This document shows positions 29,394-39,198 of a DNA stretch of 64,000 bases, one piece after another (position 1 is the stretch's first letter; every line of letters starts with the position of its first letter). The notes beneath the pieces are model-generated. The model searched no databases. It was not told where the DNA came from and saw only the letters and a program-made list of their open reading frames with translations. The stretch covers positions 64,001-128,000 of the IMG/VR virus record IMGVR_UViG_3300025858_000010, one strand, 5' to 3'. The translations under genes and the position numbers were made by a program. The stretch is from a virus. Lineage: Duplodnaviria; Caudoviricetes.

Positions 29394-30569
29394 TTATTTA
29401 ATATCTGTAGCAGGCTTTGTTATCAAAACAGGCAATTTTACACCATCAAATTCTTTTTTATCTATTGATTTATAATATTTATTAAAATCAAAATATTTAT
29501 GATAAATTTCCATTATTTTTTCATAAGTCACTTCATTAATTATATTTTCAACTGAAAATTTTTCTTGTTGAATATATTTATATCCGTTATTATGTAATAA
29601 TATATTTTCCTTCTTGAATTTAATTTTATAATATTTTTTAATTATATTAAATCTTTTTCTAGTTAAATATTTATGCGGATTATCTAAAATCATTTTAAAT
29701 AATTCTTGTACTTTTTCAACATTATTATTTGATGTGACTGTTTCGAAGAATACCAGTGATGAAATATTTGTCATTATTCTCTGATAACAATGTACATAAT
29801 AAACTAATCCATTTTTTTCTCTTATTTCTTGATATAGAGGGGATTTTAATCCATTACCAAGCATTTTTGTTATAAAATCTATATACGGAAAATCATCTTT
29901 GATTATTTCAGATATATTTATTATTGATGTCTTATTCTTGTAGTTATTTCCTTTTTCGAATAAATAATTTCCGTCAAACAAAGTTAAAAATTGTTCATAA
30001 ACTCTATCATCGTAAGAAATTCCTCTGAAGAAATCTTCTAATGATTTGTTATTACTTTTACATATATCAATAATCATTGTCGGTTTTCTATATTGAAATT
30101 CAAAAAAATCATAGCAATCATTTAAAGTTAAATTTTTTAAATCATCTAATAATCCAATAGCTTCATGATATCCATATAATTTTCTTAATAAATTTTGTCT
30201 GTGCCATTCTGATTGATCGTTAAATGAATCTTTATATTCTTCTATGACAACTTTTTTTTCATTTTCAAATTGTTCTTCGGTTATTTTAAAAGTTGTTAAA
30301 CGTTCGTAGAATATTTTCTTCCATTTTTTAACGAATATATCTAATCCCGTCATATAAAAAACTATTTCCGAATCGTTAGTGAACGCGTTCCATGTGATTC
30401 CGTCAGATTCGAATTTTTCTATTAAATCGTCAAATCCTTTACATATCAAATGTTCTAATAAATGTGATATTCCGTATATTCCTTTATGTTCATTCATGAC
30501 GCTTCCGTAATAAGCCACGTAGAATCCTGATAAATTTGTAGGACTTTTAATTTTATTATATTTTACCAT
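29394..30569 (-). CDS. M16 (insulinase-family) metallopeptidase
   Basis: GISHLLEHL (HxxEH), NAFT, EKKVVIEE, SPLYQEIREKNGLVY. Confidence 0.9.
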   Translation of the reverse strand: MVKYNKIKSPTNLSGFYVAYYGSVMNEHKGIYGISHLLEHLICKGFDDLIEKFESDGITWNAFTNDSEIVFYMTGLDIFVKKWKKIFYERLTTFKITEEQFENEKKVVIEEYKDSFNDQSEWHRQNLLRKLYGYHEAIGLLDDLKNLTLNDCYDFFEFQYRKPTMIIDICKSNNKSLEDFFRGISYDDRVYEQFLTLFDGNYLFEKGNNYKNKTSIINISEIIKDDFPYIDFITKMLGNGLKSPLYQEIREKNGLVYYVHCYQRIMTNISSLVFFETVTSNNNVEKVQELFKMILDNPHKYLTRKRFNIIKKYYKIKFKKENILLHNNGYKYIQQEKFSVENIINEVTYEKIMEIYHKYFDFNKYYKSIDKKEFDGVKLPVLITKPATDIK

Positions 30570-30804
30570 GTATTTCTTTTATTTTTTCTATTATAAATTT
30601 TTTTATTTTTGCTTTATTTATTGATTGAATTGATGTATTTGGATATAATTTTTTAACTTCGTTTATATTGTCAAAATTACCCAAAAAATCTATCCACCAC
30701 CAAGTGTTATAATTATCTTCATGTATGGGAATAAGTTTTCTTGTTATTCTATATCCATAATAACTATTATCTATATAAATTATTTTATCAAGTATTTTAT
30801 CCAT
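30556..30804 (-). CDS. hypothetical protein
   Basis: ORF in operon. Confidence 0.45.
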   Translation of the reverse strand: MDKILDKIIYIDNSYYGYRITRKLIPIHEDNYNTWWWIDFLGNFDNINEVKKLYPNTSIQSINKAKIKKFIIEKIKEIHGKI

Positions 30805-31025
30805 TTTATTTCTTGTTTTTATTCATCGCCATAATTATTTATTGTTTTTGTTGTCGCTTCTTCTATTCCGCAGTTTTTAGATGGTTTTTCAATATTGAAC
30901 ACCTTTCCATTTTGTTTTGATTTGTTTTTTGGTATTCATGTTTTGTTTTGATTTAACTCGGCATTCTTTGCACTAATATGAGTTTTATGTTTTAATATAT
31001 ACTATTATAAAATTAAAGTTTTAAA

Positions 31026-31721
31026 ATGATAGAAGATTATTATGTTTATGTGTATTGTGATCCCAGAGTCCCATCTAATATTGTTGTAGATACTGTAAAT
31101 TTTGAGTTTCAACCTATCTATATAGGTTATGGAAGAAAAAATAGAATAAATTTTCATTTAAAAATGAAGGATTCAAACTTTTTAAAAATAAATAAAATTA
31201 AATCAATTAAATCGGATGGATATTTACCTATTATATTTAAAATAAAAGAGAATATGAAGCAACATACAGCAGTCAATTTGGAAAAATGCCTTATAAGAGA
31301 AATAGGCACAATTTTAAATGTGTTGGGAGTTAAAAATGGACCTTTAACCAATCAAACTCCTGGTGGGGATGGCGGTCCAACTTTTTTTAAAAGAAAATTA
31401 ACCGAAGAACATAAAGATAAAATTAGAAAAGCTAATACGGGTAAATCATTCACTTTACAAAGGAGGACAAATTTATCAATTGCTCAAAAAAGAAGAAACA
31501 TTGTAATTGATCAAGATAAAAAAATTAAAATGTTAGAAGGTTTAAAAAACATGAGCGATGAATCCAGGGATAATATATCAAAGGCGACAAAAAACACAGT
31601 ATGGATTTTTAATCCTATTTTGAATAAAAACAGAAGAATAAAAATTGAAAATATAGATAATTACCTAAAAGACGGATGGATTAAAGGATTTAAAGACTCA
31701 AGAAAATCTAATCATCGTTAA
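31026..31721 (+). CDS. GIY-YIG / NUMOD3 homing-type endonuclease
   Basis: YYVYVY.DPR...YIGYG...R...E..LI...GPLTN.TPGGDG; TEEHKDKIRKA. Confidence 0.8.
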   Translation: MIEDYYVYVYCDPRVPSNIVVDTVNFEFQPIYIGYGRKNRINFHLKMKDSNFLKINKIKSIKSDGYLPIIFKIKENMKQHTAVNLEKCLIREIGTILNVLGVKNGPLTNQTPGGDGGPTFFKRKLTEEHKDKIRKANTGKSFTLQRRTNLSIAQKRRNIVIDQDKKIKMLEGLKNMSDESRDNISKATKNTVWIFNPILNKNRRIKIENIDNYLKDGWIKGFKDSRKSNHR

Positions 31722-32607
31722 CACCGCATTCCTTGCAACTATCCCACAATCGTCCACCAATAGGTAGTCCTAATTCTTTAGCTGTGAATTCCTCGCCTGT
31801 TTTTTCATCTATAAAGCAACTTTCTTTATTCAAACTATCATCACTTATATCTAAGTAATGACAATATCCGTCAGATTGGCTTCCGCCGTTTTCTACTTTA
31901 TCGTAATATGGACAATTTTTTATATGATAAACACCTTTTTCATATTTTATACCTGTATAACAATATATTCCTTCTGGAATTATATTAGTGTCTTTATTTT
32001 TTCTTTTTAATGTTAGTTCTAATAATTCTTTATAACATTTTCTACATAAAGGCATATAACTTTCGTTGCCCCCAACTTGAACCTGTTCTCCTTCTACGAT
32101 AATATCTTTAACCCATCCAAGCAACCCCTTTTTTGTAGAATATCTAATATTTAATATTGCTTTTTTTTCACAATTGTAACAAAGAGTTTTTAACTCTTCT
32201 ATTTCGTCTGCTAATGTCAACATGTATATTGATCCTTCGAATGGAAAAGTTTTGAAATCACTCCTCAGCCCATAAGCGATAACTGGTATATTTAATATAT
32301 CAACAACATCTGATAATTCATATATATGATGTTTTTTAAAAAATTGAACTTCGTCAACTAAAACACAATCTATTATTTTTTCATGATTTTTAACTATTTC
32401 AAATAAATTAGTTTCATCAGATACAGCAACCGCTGTTCTTTCAAGACCAGTTCTTGATTTTACTTTATTTTCACCATATCTATTATCTTTTATTGATGTA
32501 AATATAATTGGATATTTTCCTCTTTCTTCATAGTTATAATAGGTTTTTAAAAGATCAAGAGTTTTTCCTGCCCCCATTGAACTATATCTAAAAAACATTT
32601 TAGCCAT
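31708..32607 (-). CDS. tdk: thymidine kinase with Cys-rich C-terminal extension
   Basis: MGAGKT, VDEVQF, YGLRSDF, FEGS, GGNESYMPLCRKC. Confidence 0.9.
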   Translation of the reverse strand: MAKMFFRYSSMGAGKTLDLLKTYYNYEERGKYPIIFTSIKDNRYGENKVKSRTGLERTAVAVSDETNLFEIVKNHEKIIDCVLVDEVQFFKKHHIYELSDVVDILNIPVIAYGLRSDFKTFPFEGSIYMLTLADEIEELKTLCYNCEKKAILNIRYSTKKGLLGWVKDIIVEGEQVQVGGNESYMPLCRKCYKELLELTLKRKNKDTNIIPEGIYCYTGIKYEKGVYHIKNCPYYDKVENGGSQSDGYCHYLDISDDSLNKESCFIDEKTGEEFTAKELGLPIGGRLWDSCKECGVNDD

Positions 32608-32613
32608 TTAAAA

Positions 32614-32826
32614 TCACTTAATTTTTACCCAAACTCTTTGGGTCTCATTAGCTTCTATTTTCATTTCAAAATTTGGAAGCGGACACCAATCTGGGGTTTC
32701 TGTAAATATTCTTTTGTCTGTAATCAAACAAACGTCTAATTTAATAGATTCTTTTGATCTATATGAATTTGGACAATCGGAACATTTTTCTATTTTTTTA
32801 AAAAATAATTTAGTCATAATTTTCAA
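32614..32826 (-). CDS. small Cys-containing protein
   Basis: CSDCP...C...PDWCPL. Confidence 0.55.
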   Translation of the reverse strand: MKIMTKLFFKKIEKCSDCPNSYRSKESIKLDVCLITDKRIFTETPDWCPLPNFEMKIEANETQRVWVKIK

Positions 32827-33091
32827 TTTCTTTTATCACTTTATCTATTTGTTTTCCTAAATCAATGGGAATCATAACTTCTTGTCTAATAATTTCCAAT
32901 AATTGTTTCATACTCATAGAAACTTTGAGTAAAGCAGCTATGTCTTTTTCCATAGTAATATCAATTTTCTTATTTTTCTTGAATTGGTCTAATTCTAATT
33001 TCATTTTTTCATTTTCCAATTTTAAAAATTCGAGTTCATAATTTGGACTATCAGACCAAACTCTATCATTAAATGAACTTTTTCTTCTCAT
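32810..33091 (-). CDS. hypothetical coiled-coil protein
   Basis: ORF track. Confidence 0.5.
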   Translation of the reverse strand: MRRKSSFNDRVWSDSPNYELEFLKLENEKMKLELDQFKKNKKIDITMEKDIAALLKVSMSMKQLLEIIRQEVMIPIDLGKQIDKVIKEIENYD

Positions 33092-33189
33092 ATAATGTTT
33101 TTGTTTTTTTATATTAAAAAAAACATTGATAGTTTAACAAAAAAAAACTAAAATCTAATATTAATATATAAAAATAAATCAAGATTAAT

Positions 33190-33471
33190 ATGAAAATAAA
33201 AAAGTATTCAGAATTTTTAAATGAAAATAAAACGCCTGAAAATTTTATTCCTGATTTTTTATATCATTCAATTGAACCTGAGAATTACGATAGTATTATG
33301 AGATACGGACTTAGAGGTGATATTTATTTAACCTTTACTCCGAAAGAAGCCGAAAAGCATCATCCAATAATTTTAAAAATTGATGTTAGAAATCGTCAAT
33401 TAATTAATAGTAATGAAGGTTGGATTGTAAAAGATGTTCCAATTGATAATATCGAATTATATAATAAATGA
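33190..33471 (+). CDS. small ADP-ribosyltransferase-fold protein with FLNE leader
   Basis: MKIKKYSEFLNE; LYH...SIMRYGL...IYLT...ILKID. Confidence 0.55.
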   Translation: MKIKKYSEFLNENKTPENFIPDFLYHSIEPENYDSIMRYGLRGDIYLTFTPKEAEKHHPIILKIDVRNRQLINSNEGWIVKDVPIDNIELYNK

Positions 33472-33991
33472 AAGAATACAAAATAATAAATATTTAGATA
33501 TGAACAAGAGAGAAGAGGAATTGATTACCACATTATATAATTATTATGTTGATGGTACAGTAACAGAACTTAAAGTTGGTGATTATGTTAAGTATACAAG
33601 AACTGTTTCTAAACATTCTGGTAAAATAGGCACATTTGAAGGAACTAACAATGAAGGTAAGTATAAAATTAGATTCGATGATATTAAAATATTGTTAATC
33701 TGTAATCCACAACACGTGGAATCGATTAAAAAAGATGAAAAAAGTATTGATCGTTTAATAAAAATATTAAAACAAATGGTTCTTGATGGGGATTTAAGTC
33801 AAGTTGCAATAAATGAATTTTTAAATGGATTAAACAGAGAAAAGAAATTGAAAGAAATAGATCCATACGATGAAGAAAATTGGGAAGAAGAAGAAAAAGG
33901 AATGTTCCTACCCAAAAGAATATCCAAAACAAAAAGTAGAAGAACCATAGACCCTTTTGATCGTAGTGGAGGTTTTCACAGAGGATGTTAA
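33434..33991 (+). CDS. SH3/KOW-like domain protein with DPYDEENW
   Basis: LKVGDYVKY...GKYKIRFDD; KEIDPYDEENW; real start probably downstream. Confidence 0.65.
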   Translation: MFQLIISNYIINERIQNNKYLDMNKREEELITTLYNYYVDGTVTELKVGDYVKYTRTVSKHSGKIGTFEGTNNEGKYKIRFDDIKILLICNPQHVESIKKDEKSIDRLIKILKQMVLDGDLSQVAINEFLNGLNREKKLKEIDPYDEENWEEEEKGMFLPKRISKTKSRRTIDPFDRSGGFHRGC

Positions 33992-34867
33992 ATGATATTA
34001 TTTAATAAAAAAATAGAATTAAAAACTCATTATTGTCGATATTTCGACGATGAATTAGAGGAAGTTGATGAACCATATGTTAATGTTCAAATAAAAATAA
34101 ATGGATGTAATGCTAATTGTTCATTTTGTAATAGTAAAAATGGACCATCTTTAGATGAAGATAAATATTATTCAAAATTAGAAAAAATATCAGAAAAAGT
34201 AAGAATTAGAAAATTAAATTTAAGTGGTGGCGAACCAACTCTTGATTTTGAAAAGTTAAAAAGAATATTATTAAAAACAAGAGAAATTCTTCCTAACGTT
34301 TATATGGCAATTAATACAAATGGATATAATTTTGAAAAATTATTCGAGAACGATTTATATAAAATAGTTGATAATATACAATTAAGCAGACATCATTACG
34401 TTGACGAAATCAACAACGAAATATTGGGTTTTAATTCAATATCAAAAGATATAATTCATAATATAAGCAAAGAATTAAGTAATAAAAGATTTTTAAATTT
34501 GTCTTGCAATCTTATTAATGGATATATAGATGATGAAAAAGAAATTTTCAATTTTTTAGAAGAATCTAGTAAAATTGATATTAGATGGGTTGGTTTTGTT
34601 ACTCTCATATCTTTAAATGAATATTGTGAAAATAATATAATTAAATTTAATGACATGAATTTATTAAATGATAGATTCGTTATCACCAATAGATTTACTT
34701 TCAAAAATTTATGTAAATGTTATGGATATGTATATATACCAACAGACGGTGGTGATCCAATAAGAGTATATAATAAACAAACTGAAAAATCTGATGACAT
34801 TAAAAACATATTGGTTTTCGATGGAGAAAATTTCAATATTGGATTTACAAATAATGTTTTAATTTAA
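33992..34867 (+). CDS. radical SAM protein
   Basis: CNANCSFC, SGGEPTL, NTNG, LSRHH. Confidence 0.85.
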   Translation: MILFNKKIELKTHYCRYFDDELEEVDEPYVNVQIKINGCNANCSFCNSKNGPSLDEDKYYSKLEKISEKVRIRKLNLSGGEPTLDFEKLKRILLKTREILPNVYMAINTNGYNFEKLFENDLYKIVDNIQLSRHHYVDEINNEILGFNSISKDIIHNISKELSNKRFLNLSCNLINGYIDDEKEIFNFLEESSKIDIRWVGFVTLISLNEYCENNIIKFNDMNLLNDRFVITNRFTFKNLCKCYGYVYIPTDGGDPIRVYNKQTEKSDDIKNILVFDGENFNIGFTNNVLI

Positions 34868-35034
34868 TCTATTGGTCTAGTAAAAATTTCTAACATGTTA
34901 GACGGTGATGGATCATAATTATATGGTTTCTTTATAATTGTTTTACACCATATAAATCATTCCAAATATCTTTATTCCCTTCTTTCAGATAATATCTATA
35001 TCTATAATCTTTCCACGTTACGATTTTTTTCACA

Positions 35035-35607
35035 TCATTTTATATTGTTTTCATATTTTAATTTTAAAATTAGATAATCCGTGACTATATCAAAAATTTT
35101 TAAATTATCTATATCGCCAAAACTAACTTTAACGACTCTATTTTCTTCTGTCACTTTAATGCTAGTTTGTTTATAATCATTATAATTTATTGTTAATAGA
35201 CATATATGGTATTGCCCAACGTTATTAACGTCTTTAAATAAAACTTTATCGACTTCTATAGGAAATAATTGATTTAATACTACACCGGTTTTTTCATATA
35301 GAATGCGTCTAACATTTTGTGTTTCTGTTTGATCGTCGTTAAATGAATCTTTTATGCTTGTAAGATAATAATCTATTGTATTATATTCAGATTTATCCTT
35401 ATATTTAAATTTAAATGCTGGACATTTTTCATGTTTTAGAAGTATGTATCCTTCATCTTTAAAATATGGTAATATGACTACTTCAGCGTCACTAATAACA
35501 ACGTCTTTATCATCGAATTTAATAATTGATAATTCGTCATTTTTAAATATTTCTTCATTATCTTCGCGTTTTGGTTCATTTTTCTTTATTTTTGTAAATT
35601 TTTCCAT
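35035..35607 (-). CDS. hypothetical protein, degenerate NUDIX-like
   Basis: VVILPY...ILLKHE...RRILYEKTG. Confidence 0.4.
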   Translation of the reverse strand: MEKFTKIKKNEPKREDNEEIFKNDELSIIKFDDKDVVISDAEVVILPYFKDEGYILLKHEKCPAFKFKYKDKSEYNTIDYYLTSIKDSFNDDQTETQNVRRILYEKTGVVLNQLFPIEVDKVLFKDVNNVGQYHICLLTINYNDYKQTSIKVTEENRVVKVSFGDIDNLKIFDIVTDYLILKLKYENNIK

Positions 35608-35622
35608 AATTTATATTTATTT

Positions 35623-35779
35623 TTAATCATCGTCCCAATTTTCTTCTCCGTATGGATCAATATCTTTCATCTTATCTCTAATTTCTAAATTTCTTAAAGG
35701 TTTCTATCTTAGATAATCCTTCGTATGGATCTATTTTCTTTTTTCTAAATATATTAAATTCTTCGAATAATTTAATCAT
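35623..35779 (-). pseudogene. frameshifted DPYGEE minigene (not in ORF track)
   Basis: MIKLFEEFN...KIDPYEGLSKIE, then shifted frame PLRNLEIRDKMKDIDPYGEENWDDD*. Confidence 0.65.
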
Positions 35780-35885
35780 ATTAATTTTTTTTAATTATAT
35801 ATAAAAAAACATTTTTCAATTTTAATATATAATTTTGTAAATTAAAAAAAATTATTTAACTTCGTAAAAAATAAATATAAATATT

Positions 35886-36401
35886 ATGAAATTTAAGGAT
35901 TGGTTCAAAAAGAATGTGGAAGAAAAACAATTACCCAAGATTGAAACTTTAAAAAATAAAAAAATTAACGAATCATTCGTCGAGTGTGGTACTTGTGAAG
36001 GTTCTGGCATAGATCCAAATAATGAAGACAGAAATTGTCCTGATTGTAATGGGGATGGTGGATATGATGACGGAAACGAAGGATGGTATAATAATGATGA
36101 TGAACAATATCAACGTCAACAAAGAAAAGAAAAGAAACCAAAGGTTGGAAAAAATTTTAAAGTTGGAGATGTTCTAGTTTTAACGGATGATAAGAAATCA
36201 TCTAAGATGCCACAAGATGCCTATGATTTCTTAATGACTTATAAAACATTCACTGTTAAATCAATAAACGATAAAGGTAAAATAAATATTGGATGTAGAA
36301 TATCTAAAAACGAAAACGGTATAGGAGTTGAGAAAATCTATATGTTTTCAACAGATAGATTTGATTTATTGAACCCGGCAACATTATTGGAAGAAAAATA
36401 A
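35886..36401 (+). CDS. DnaJ-type zinc finger + SH3/KOW-like domain protein
   Basis: CGTCEGSG...CPDCNGDG; FKVGDVLVL. Confidence 0.6.
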   Translation: MKFKDWFKKNVEEKQLPKIETLKNKKINESFVECGTCEGSGIDPNNEDRNCPDCNGDGGYDDGNEGWYNNDDEQYQRQQRKEKKPKVGKNFKVGDVLVLTDDKKSSKMPQDAYDFLMTYKTFTVKSINDKGKINIGCRISKNENGIGVEKIYMFSTDRFDLLNPATLLEEK

Positions 36402-36413
36402 TCCATAAAAATA

Positions 36414-36809
36414 ATGTATGTTACAATATTTATTTTATTTATCATCATTTTAATAATGTCTCTTCGTGAAGGAGTGGTATTGAAATGGACTCTCAATGGA
36501 CATCCAGCTAAATTATCTAGCATATGGCATTCTTTAGGAATGACATTAAGAGCTTTAATTGTTCTTTTTGCTATTTATCAATTGTTTCCAAATTGGCAAG
36601 ACATGATCCTAGCCGGACTTCTTGGGTTGAATTGGACTTGGACTATATATGATTTGTGTATTAACTGGATCAACGGATGGAAACTATGGTACACCGGTAA
36701 AACATCAGATATTGAAGTGAAATTAAAATCTAAGATTATTTGGATATTGAAAGCTATTTTGTTCGTTATTACTATTATCTATATAATAATATATTATACT
36801 ATATTTTAA
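36414..36809 (+). CDS. membrane protein
   Basis: several hydrophobic segments. Confidence 0.6.
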   Translation: MYVTIFILFIIILIMSLREGVVLKWTLNGHPAKLSSIWHSLGMTLRALIVLFAIYQLFPNWQDMILAGLLGLNWTWTIYDLCINWINGWKLWYTGKTSDIEVKLKSKIIWILKAILFVITIIYIIIYYTIF

Positions 36810-37791
36810 TTAAAAACAATTTTATTAGATTTTTTCAATTTATTTATTGTTTTTTCATCCAAATATTTTTCTACTGTTTCTAATTCATTATCTATAAAAT
36901 AATTCAATTTTATTTTTTTATTTAAAAAATCATTTATATTGATTTTATGGATATTGTATTCTCTTTCACATAAATTTATATCCATATAAATATCATCATT
37001 GATATACATATTAACGATTGTTTGTTCGTGTTCATTGAACAAAAAAATATAAAAATTATTTCCATCATAAAAAAAAATATTATTCATTCCATATTCTCTT
37101 TCAATTAAGTGATCGATCATGCTATCAATAGATTCACATGGTATAGATAATATTTTTTCTTTTATGTTTTTTAATTCTTTATTAATTATAATTTCTAATC
37201 CATTTTGATAATAAGTAGAATTACTAATCCATCCATCCACACTTATAGGTATATTTTTTAAATTTTCAACAAAAAAATTCGGAATGCCTCCAAATAATAA
37301 TGTACTATAAGAATTATAATCTCCTCCGCCATCATTCATACAATATTCATAAAACCATAGATTATAATTATTTGAAAACATATTATTTTGGATGTTTAAT
37401 AGTTCTTTTTTATCATTTATGATACAATCACCTTCTAAATAATTAAAATATTCATACCCCAATTTATCAGCCAGTGAAACCCCATTATAAATGGATCTGA
37501 AAATATTAAGATGTATAGAATTATCATATAAAACTCTACATGAAAAATTCTGAAGTGTTGCCCACCATCCATTATAATCGACGTTAATAGAATAGTCTAG
37601 AAAATCTTTAACGTTGTATTTATCATATATAACGTAATCTACAATATCATAGATTTCTTTATCTAATATTGGTAAATGGGTTGTTAAAATAATATCAAAG
37701 TTTAATTCCTTGATATTATTTATGCATTTTTTAATATTTTAATTCTCCTTTCGTTGGATGGATAAGAACCAATTATAAAAACATTTTTCAT
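36806..37791 (-). pseudogene. frameshifted hypothetical gene
   Basis: MKNVFIIGSYPS... needs one more A in the run near 37728 to join the frame containing ORF 36806..37462. Confidence 0.6.
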
Positions 37792-37889
37792 ATAATAATT
37801 TCAATTTAGAAAAATCTTTCTAAATTAATTATTATATATTCATTTAACTATAAACAGTTTTATAAAGTTTAATATAATTTATTAAAACT

Positions 37890-38237
37890 TTATGTTTTTC
37901 CCATTTTTTTACCTCTATTAGCAAACCACCATTGCTTATCATCTACGTTATAAACCGATCTTTTTTTCAATTTTTCGAATTTAGTTTTATCATTTGATAA
38001 TATATTTGTTAAAGGTACATAGAAACAATGTTTAGCTTTACCAATATCATTATGTCCCGAATGTAATTGTTTGCTAAAAGAATCGTTAAATTCTATTAAA
38101 AGATTACCATATTCCTCTATTTTTAAAATTTTGCCAATTTGATTTTCTAAATCAACATTGTCGTATTCTCCTTTAGTCATAATATCATCACCGACTTTCA
38201 AATCGGCTCTTTTAATAGTTATCTTTAATGTTTCCAT
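37890..38237 (-). CDS. single SH3/KOW-like domain protein
   Basis: paralogous to the first repeat of 10207..12504 (EYGN.LIEF...DIGK..HCFY.PL.NI.SND). Confidence 0.7.
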   Translation of the reverse strand: METLKITIKRADLKVGDDIMTKGEYDNVDLENQIGKILKIEEYGNLLIEFNDSFSKQLHSGHNDIGKAKHCFYVPLTNILSNDKTKFEKLKKRSVYNVDDKQWWFANRGKKMGKT

Positions 38238-38443
38238 ATCATTATTTTTTTTATTTTTAAATCATCAATTTGATGTTTTGTATCAAAACCATCATCTTCA
38301 TCTTCATCGTTTTATTTTGATCATTTTCTACGTGATATGATGATAATCCAAATCCAACAAGTTCTTCTAATGTTTTTAATCTTTTCATCTGATTTTTCAA
38401 TTATATCCTTTAATAGTTAAATTATAATCTATTTATCATTAAA

Positions 38444-38845
38444 TCACTTAATTGTTTTTAATTTATTTAATCCCTGGTAAATATTCACAACTCTCGTTTG
38501 GATCGTCACGTAACTTGGTTGAACATTCCAAGACGCACTTTGAGGTCTTTGTGCTAAGGCAGTTAACCATATGATACTTCCAATTTTAATTTCACTTGGA
38601 TTACTTGTCATATTAAATTGTGGTCCGATTATAGCTTCTTCTAATTTAGCAATTCTATCTTTATCGGTTATTATATCGGATACCTGAAGTATCTCAATCG
38701 GACCTTCGACTTTTTCTATATTCCCGTCTTCTAATTCCTTTAAAGCAATAATATCCGAAGATATCGGATCAAATCCTTTTTTAGGATTAAACTCTTTCAC
38801 TTTCTTATTTTTATACTCTTCAAAATCTGTTGTTAAATTAGACAT
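38444..38845 (-). CDS. hypothetical protein
   Basis: ORF track. Confidence 0.55.
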   Translation of the reverse strand: MSNLTTDFEEYKNKKVKEFNPKKGFDPISSDIIALKELEDGNIEKVEGPIEILQVSDIITDKDRIAKLEEAIIGPQFNMTSNPSEIKIGSIIWLTALAQRPQSASWNVQPSYVTIQTRVVNIYQGLNKLKTIK

Positions 38846-38856
38846 TTATACTTTTA

Positions 38857-39198
38857 TTATTTTATATAATTATCTCTTTCATCGTCATACATATCCATTA
38901 ATATTTCTATAACTTTATTTATATTATCGATAAAATCATTTTTTTCTACATTTTTTGGTATGTTTAATCTATATGGTTTCCATCTTCCTTTAAAGGCATA
39001 TTCCTCAGGAGGATCTTCTAAAAACCCGAAATCAGATGGAGCGGACATCTTATAATATCTATGATCTTCTTCTGAAATCTTCCACCCCCTTTTTATTAAT
39101 AATGATAATAAATTATCTAATATTTTTTTATTATCATCCTCCCATATTTCTTCGTCGTAGGGATCTACATCTTTAAAATTCTCGAACTTCTTTATCAT
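38857..39198 (-). CDS. protein with N-terminal DPYDEEIW tag
   Basis: MIKKFENFKDVDPYDEEIW. Confidence 0.65.
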   Translation of the reverse strand: MIKKFENFKDVDPYDEEIWEDDNKKILDNLLSLLIKRGWKISEEDHRYYKMSAPSDFGFLEDPPEEYAFKGRWKPYRLNIPKNVEKNDFIDNINKVIEILMDMYDDERDNYIK

